Below, piece after piece: positions 7,633 through 10,651 of a DNA stretch of 10,651 nucleotides. This stretch comes from an uncultured delta proteobacterium. Lineage in GTDB: Bacteria > Myxococcota > Myxococcia > Myxococcales > Anaeromyxobacteraceae. The notes beneath the pieces were generated by a model. The model did no database searches and had not been told where the DNA came from. It was given only the letters and a program-made list of their open reading frames with translations. A program made the translations under genes and the position numbers. Positions within the stretch are counted from its first letter, which is position 1; each line of letters opens with the position of its first letter. The stretch spans positions 1 through 10,651 of the forward strand of contig CAWFDF010000002.1 of the NCBI GenBank assembly GCA_963814585.1, in the 5' to 3' direction.

Positions 7633-7637
7633 GGCGG
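7633..7637. repeat. IS target-site duplication, left copy (GGCGG)
   Basis: GGCGG directly precedes the TGT end of the IS and is identical to 9821-9825. Confidence 0.9.
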
Positions 7638-7689
7638 TGTAGAGCGACAGGATAATTGACCCCCTCGCGACACTAATTCTGACCCCCTC
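7638..7689 (+). repeat. IS21 left inverted repeat with two tandem IstA-binding repeats
   Basis: TGTAGAGCGACAGGATAATTGACCCCCTCGCGACACTAATTCTGACCCCCTC contains two CGACA-N7/8-TGACCCCCT units. Confidence 0.92.
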
Positions 7690-7711
7690 CTCCACCACCA
7701 AGGAGGCAGGG

Positions 7712-8983
7712 ATGTTGGAAGTATCGGCGGATGTGGCACCCCCGATGGCGGAGGTGCCGATGCTCGAGGCGGAGGCGGTCAGGAAGATGCGCGGGCTGGC
7801 GGCGCAGGGCTGGGGAGCGAAGCGGATCGCCCGGGAGCTGGGGCTGGCCCGCAACACGGTCCGGCGCTACCTGCGGGGCGGCGAGGCAGCCGAGGTCCAG
7901 GTCCGCCTGGCGGCCCGGAGGCTCGACGGGACGGCCCAGGCCGAGGCGGAGGCCCTGTTCGACGGCCCGGCCGAGGGCAACGCCGTGGTGGTCACCCAGT
8001 TGTTGGCCGAGCAGGGCGTCCAGGCCAGCGTCCGGACGGTCCAGCGGGCTGTCGAAGACCGGCGCCGGGAGCATCAGGCGTCGACGCTGGCCAGCGTCCG
8101 GTTCGAGACCGCTCCCGGTCGCCAGATGCAGATCGACTTCGGCCAGCGGCGGGTCTGGATCGGCGGCAACCAGGTCACGGTCCACTTCATGGTCGCGGTG
8201 TTGAGCTACTCGCGTCGGCTCTTCGCCAAGGCGTTCCTCTCCGAGCGCCAGGACGCCTGGCTCGAGGGCATCGCAGGCGCCTTCCGGCACTTCGGCGGCG
8301 TGCCGCTGGAGGTGCTGGGCGACAACGCCCGCTGCCTCGTCGTCGGCCGGGACCGCGAGGCGCAGACCGTCCGGTTCCACCCGGCCTACCTCGCGTTCTG
8401 CCGCGACTGGGACGTGCAGCCGCGGGCCTGCCAGCCGTACCGGGCGCGCACCAAGGGCAAGACCGAGGCCGGCGTGAAGTTCGTGAAGCGCAACGCCATC
8501 GCCGGACGCAGCTTCGAGTCCTTCGCCCAGCTCGAGGCCCACCTGGCCGAGTGGCTCGCCACCGCCGACCAGCGCGTCCACGGCACCACCCGGCAGCGGC
8601 CGGCCGACCGGTTCGAGCGCGAGCGTGAGGCGCTCCGTCCGCTGCCGGCGCGGCCGCTGCCCGTCCACGGCCGGAGGCTGCAGCGCAGGGTCGCCAATGA
8701 CGCGTTCATCGACGTGGACACGGTCCGGTACAGCGTTCCGCATCGGCTGGTCAGCGACCGGGTCGAAGTGCTCGTCACCGACGACGAGGTCCGCATCTTC
8801 CACGGCTCGACTCTGGTTGCCCTCCACGCCCGCTCCTTCGAGCCGCACGCCCAGGTCATCGACTCGAGCCACCTGGATGGCCTCTGGCGCACGACCGAGC
8901 GGGCGATGCCCGCCGCAGGCGCGCTCAAGTCGCTGGGGCGCAGCCTTGAGGACTACGCGGCCATCGTCGGAGGTGCCGCGTGA
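7712..8983 (+). CDS. istA: IS21-family DDE transposase IstA
   Basis: 423 aa, Shine-Dalgarno AAGGAGG at 7700-7706. N-terminal HTH (GAKRIARELGLARNTVRRYL), RFETAPGRQMQIDF (D), LGDN (D), RTKGKTE (E), and C-terminal RYSVP. Confidence 0.97.
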   Translation: MLEVSADVAPPMAEVPMLEAEAVRKMRGLAAQGWGAKRIARELGLARNTVRRYLRGGEAAEVQVRLAARRLDGTAQAEAEALFDGPAEGNAVVVTQLLAEQGVQASVRTVQRAVEDRRREHQASTLASVRFETAPGRQMQIDFGQRRVWIGGNQVTVHFMVAVLSYSRRLFAKAFLSERQDAWLEGIAGAFRHFGGVPLEVLGDNARCLVVGRDREAQTVRFHPAYLAFCRDWDVQPRACQPYRARTKGKTEAGVKFVKRNAIAGRSFESFAQLEAHLAEWLATADQRVHGTTRQRPADRFEREREALRPLPARPLPVHGRRLQRRVANDAFIDVDTVRYSVPHRLVSDRVEVLVTDDEVRIFHGSTLVALHARSFEPHAQVIDSSHLDGLWRTTERAMPAAGALKSLGRSLEDYAAIVGGAA

Positions 8984-9759
8984 GCGCCGACCTCGTCCGT
9001 GCCCGCGTAGCCGACCACCTCGGCCGTCTCCGGCTCGGTCGCATCGCCGAGCAGCTCGACGCGCTGCTCTCGGACGCCGCCCGCGGCGAGCCGACCTACC
9101 TCGACTTCCTCGATGCCATCCTGCGCGAGGAAGTCGGCGCCAAGCAGCGCAAGCGCGTCGCCATGGGCATCCAGATCGCCCACTTCCCGACCGTGAAGAC
9201 GATGGACGACTTCGACTTCAAGTTCCAGCCGTCGGTCGACCAGAAGCTGGTCCGCGAGCTGGCCCTGGGCCGGTACATCGCCCAGGCCGAGAACGTCATG
9301 GTCTTCGGCCCGCCCGGCGTCGGCAAGACTCACCTCGCCATCGCCCTGGGCCGCGCTGCCGTCGAGGCCGGCTACAGCGTGCTCTTCACCAGCGCCACCT
9401 CGCTCCTGGGCGCCCTGTCCAAGGCCGAGAGCGACGGCGAGCTGGGCGAGCGGCTCGCCTTCTACTGCAAGCCCAAGCTCCTCATCATCGACGAGCTCGG
9501 CTACCTGCCCTTCGAGAAGCGCAGCGCCCATCTCTTCTTCCAGCTCATCGCCCGCCGCTACGAGAAGGCGTCCACCTTCATCACCACCAACCAGGTCGTG
9601 ACCCAGTGGGGCACCGTCTTCGGCGACGACGTCCTGGCCGCCGCCATTCTCGACCGACTCCTCCACCACAGCTTCACGCTGACCATCCAGGGCGAGAGCT
9701 ACAGGCTGAAGCAGAAGCGAAAGGCAGGGCTTCTGGGCAGGACCGAGAAGTCGAACTGA
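8980..9759 (+). CDS. istB: IS21-family AAA+ helper ATPase IstB
   Basis: 259 aa. The GTG start overlaps the istA stop (GTGA). Walker A GPPGVGKT, Walker B LLIIDELGY, TTN, AILDRLLHH and GESYR. Confidence 0.97.
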   Translation: MSADLVRARVADHLGRLRLGRIAEQLDALLSDAARGEPTYLDFLDAILREEVGAKQRKRVAMGIQIAHFPTVKTMDDFDFKFQPSVDQKLVRELALGRYIAQAENVMVFGPPGVGKTHLAIALGRAAVEAGYSVLFTSATSLLGALSKAESDGELGERLAFYCKPKLLIIDELGYLPFEKRSAHLFFQLIARRYEKASTFITTNQVVTQWGTVFGDDVLAAAILDRLLHHSFTLTIQGESYRLKQKRKAGLLGRTEKSN

Positions 9760-9767
9760 ACCCGAGC

Positions 9768-9820
9768 GAGGGGGTCAGTTTTGGTGTCGTAAGGGGGTCA
9801 GAAGTTCCTGTCGTTTGACA
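9768..9820 (-). repeat. IS21 right inverted repeat with two tandem IstA-binding repeats
   Basis: The reverse complement TGTCAAACGACAGGAACTTCTGACCCCCTTACGACACCAAAACTGACCCCCTC aligns with the left end. Confidence 0.92.
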
Positions 9821-9825
9821 GGCGG
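9821..9825. repeat. IS target-site duplication, right copy (GGCGG)
   Basis: Directly follows the terminal CA and is identical to 7633-7637. Confidence 0.9.
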
Positions 9826-10289
9826 TCGGTGGTGGCGTAGGTCGTGGAATCTGATGCGCCGCACGACCGGCTTTGGCCACAGCCTGTCTGATGATTGTGT
9901 TCAGGGCACTTCCGGGACTCAGCGTCCGGAGCCGCTTCGACGTGGCCGCATCCTTTCGCCCGGCATACGTGGTTGTAGCCCTGGACGATGCCTGCCCTTC
10001 CCAGGGCGCGGCGAAGTACGTCCTCCAGGGCCTTGCAAGCGGAAATCATGCCGCCGCCGCGCGCCGGGAACACCAGTTCGGACGGAGACTCGCCGACAGC
10101 CGTATGGAGAATCGGGAGCGAGCTGCAGTAGCGATGGGAATGACGTCGGCGCGTCCGCCCTTCGTCGCGTCGCGTGAGTAGGAGCGCGCCACCGTGAGGA
10201 GCCCGGCCTCCAGGTCCAGGTCCTGACTTTTTCCGCAGCCCGAGGAGTTCCCCCTTCCGCAGGCCGGTGAAGATGGCTGTGGCAAACAG
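9821..10289 (-). pseudogene. Tyrosine integrase, upstream catalytic-domain fragment, 5'-truncated and frameshifted
   Basis: Stitching frames gives LFATAIFTGLRKGELLGLRK / QDLDLEAGLLTVARSYSRDATKGGRADVIPIA / LHTAVGESPSELVFPARGGGM...VLRRALGRAGIVQGYNHVCRAKGCGH...RKCPEHNH / RLWPKPVVRRIRFHDLRH. Catalytic R (10257-10259), K (10160-10162) and HxxR (9846-9835) are present. Confidence 0.9.
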
Positions 10290-10292
10290 CCC

Positions 10293-10651
10293 TCATCGGC
10301 CTTCGCGCTTCAGTCGCCTGGCGGTAGACTGATTGGCGGCGAGTCGGGCGGCGTCTGTGGCCGGCTCGGGCCCGACTGCTGGCGTCGCCGCGCCTTCGGC
10401 CGATTCCGAGCTCGGCGATGAAGGCTTCCACAGCGGGCGTCGCCGGGCGGTCCGCCTGCTGGATGATGCCGGAGCTCAGCCGCAGCCCAGGGTGGGACGA
10501 GCGGCAGCGCCACCAGCGTGCCCGCGTCCAGCTCGGGTTCGATTAGGGACCCGAGGCGCCCAGCTCACGGCGTCGGTCGCGCTCACGATTCTCCTCATCA
10601 GCGCCACGGAGTCATACCGTGACGGCCGGGGAGGAGTGGCCGGTCACCGGA
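10293..10651 (-). pseudogene. LysR-type transcriptional regulator, C-terminal substrate-binding region (5' end outside window; apparent frameshifts)
   Basis: Stitching frames gives DSVALMRRIVSATDAVSWAPR / SLIEPELDAGTLVALPL / PGLRLSSGIIQQADRPATPAVEAFIAEL, a typical LysR PBP2 C-terminus. The stop is tentatively the TGA at 10293-10295. Confidence 0.65.

Larger units (their letters stand above)
7357..7637 (-). pseudogene. Tyrosine integrase, 3' fragment (catalytic His and Tyr), cut off by IS21
   Basis: ASLLMQRGANPAAVQRILRHSDPRITTEVYGHL contains the H-x8/9-Y box (His codon 7576-7578, Tyr codon 7546-7548). As written it stops at TAG 7357-7359. A frame shifted by 1 nt near 7443 stays open to 7227. 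Confidence 0.9.
7638..9820 (+). mobile_element. Complete IS21-family insertion sequence (2183 bp)
   Basis: TG...CA ends, imperfect inverted repeats of about 52 bp, overlapping istA-istB, and a 5-bp GGCGG duplication. It interrupts an integrase gene. Confidence 0.97.

Noticed and set aside
7638..7689. Repeated TGACCCCCT units as a possible CRISPR or iteron array
   Set aside because: There are only two units per end, mirrored at 9768-9820. They are explained as IS21 terminal transposase-binding repeats, and no cas or rep gene is present.
7357..7857. 166-aa minus ORF as a stand-alone gene
   Set aside because: It is a chance fusion of antisense IS sequence (7638-7857) to the integrase 3' fragment. 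Only 7357-7637 is integrase-derived.
7673..9818. ORFs 7673..8872 (-), 8953..9669 (-), 8625..9818 (+) and others inside the IS
   Set aside because: They are shadows of istA and istB. istA and istB are coupled by a GTGA overlap, so no frameshift fusion needs to be invoked.
9815..9843. Hybrid promoter at the present insertion site (TTGACA-N17-TAGGTC)
   Set aside because: The -10 is poor, the spacer includes suspected erroneous bases, and it would only transcribe antisense to the integrase remnant.
9815..10513. ORF-track entries 9815..10177, 9873..10181, 9919..10431, 10046..10285 and 10310..10513 as separate small genes
   Set aside because: They are antisense shadows or single-frame pieces of the frameshifted integrase and LysR sequences.

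Overview
A very GC-rich bacterial window whose gene content resembles Myxococcota (Anaeromyxobacter-like; this is inference). Bases 1-7106 hold intact host genes: tyrS (minus strand, runs off the left edge, absent from the ORF track), an orphan ParB/Srx-fold protein, rlmE, a YfhL-type 2[4Fe-4S] ferredoxin, a ThDP-dependent enzyme of the ILVBL/HACL/IlvG type, an OmpA/MotB-domain lipoprotein and an aldo/keto reductase. A tRNA-Pro(GGG) gene at 7252-7325 marks the edge of an integrated island. Next to it is a minus-strand tyrosine integrase remnant pointing at the tRNA. A complete 2183-bp IS21-family element (7638-9820; istA/istB; 5-bp GGCGG target duplication) splits it just after the HxLRH catalytic motif. 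The integrase has a C-X4-C-X13-C-X2-H zinc-ribbon-like insertion, candidate tandem arm-type sites, and a probable original frame running antisense through the whole tRNA (Mx8-like attP-inside-int layout). Its 5' half is missing and the 3' end of a LysR-type regulator abuts what remains. Right of the IS there are about nine apparent small insertions, which may be sequencing error rather than decay. I found no CRISPR array or clearly new multi-gene system. The integrase architecture and the orphan ParB-fold protein are the best leads.
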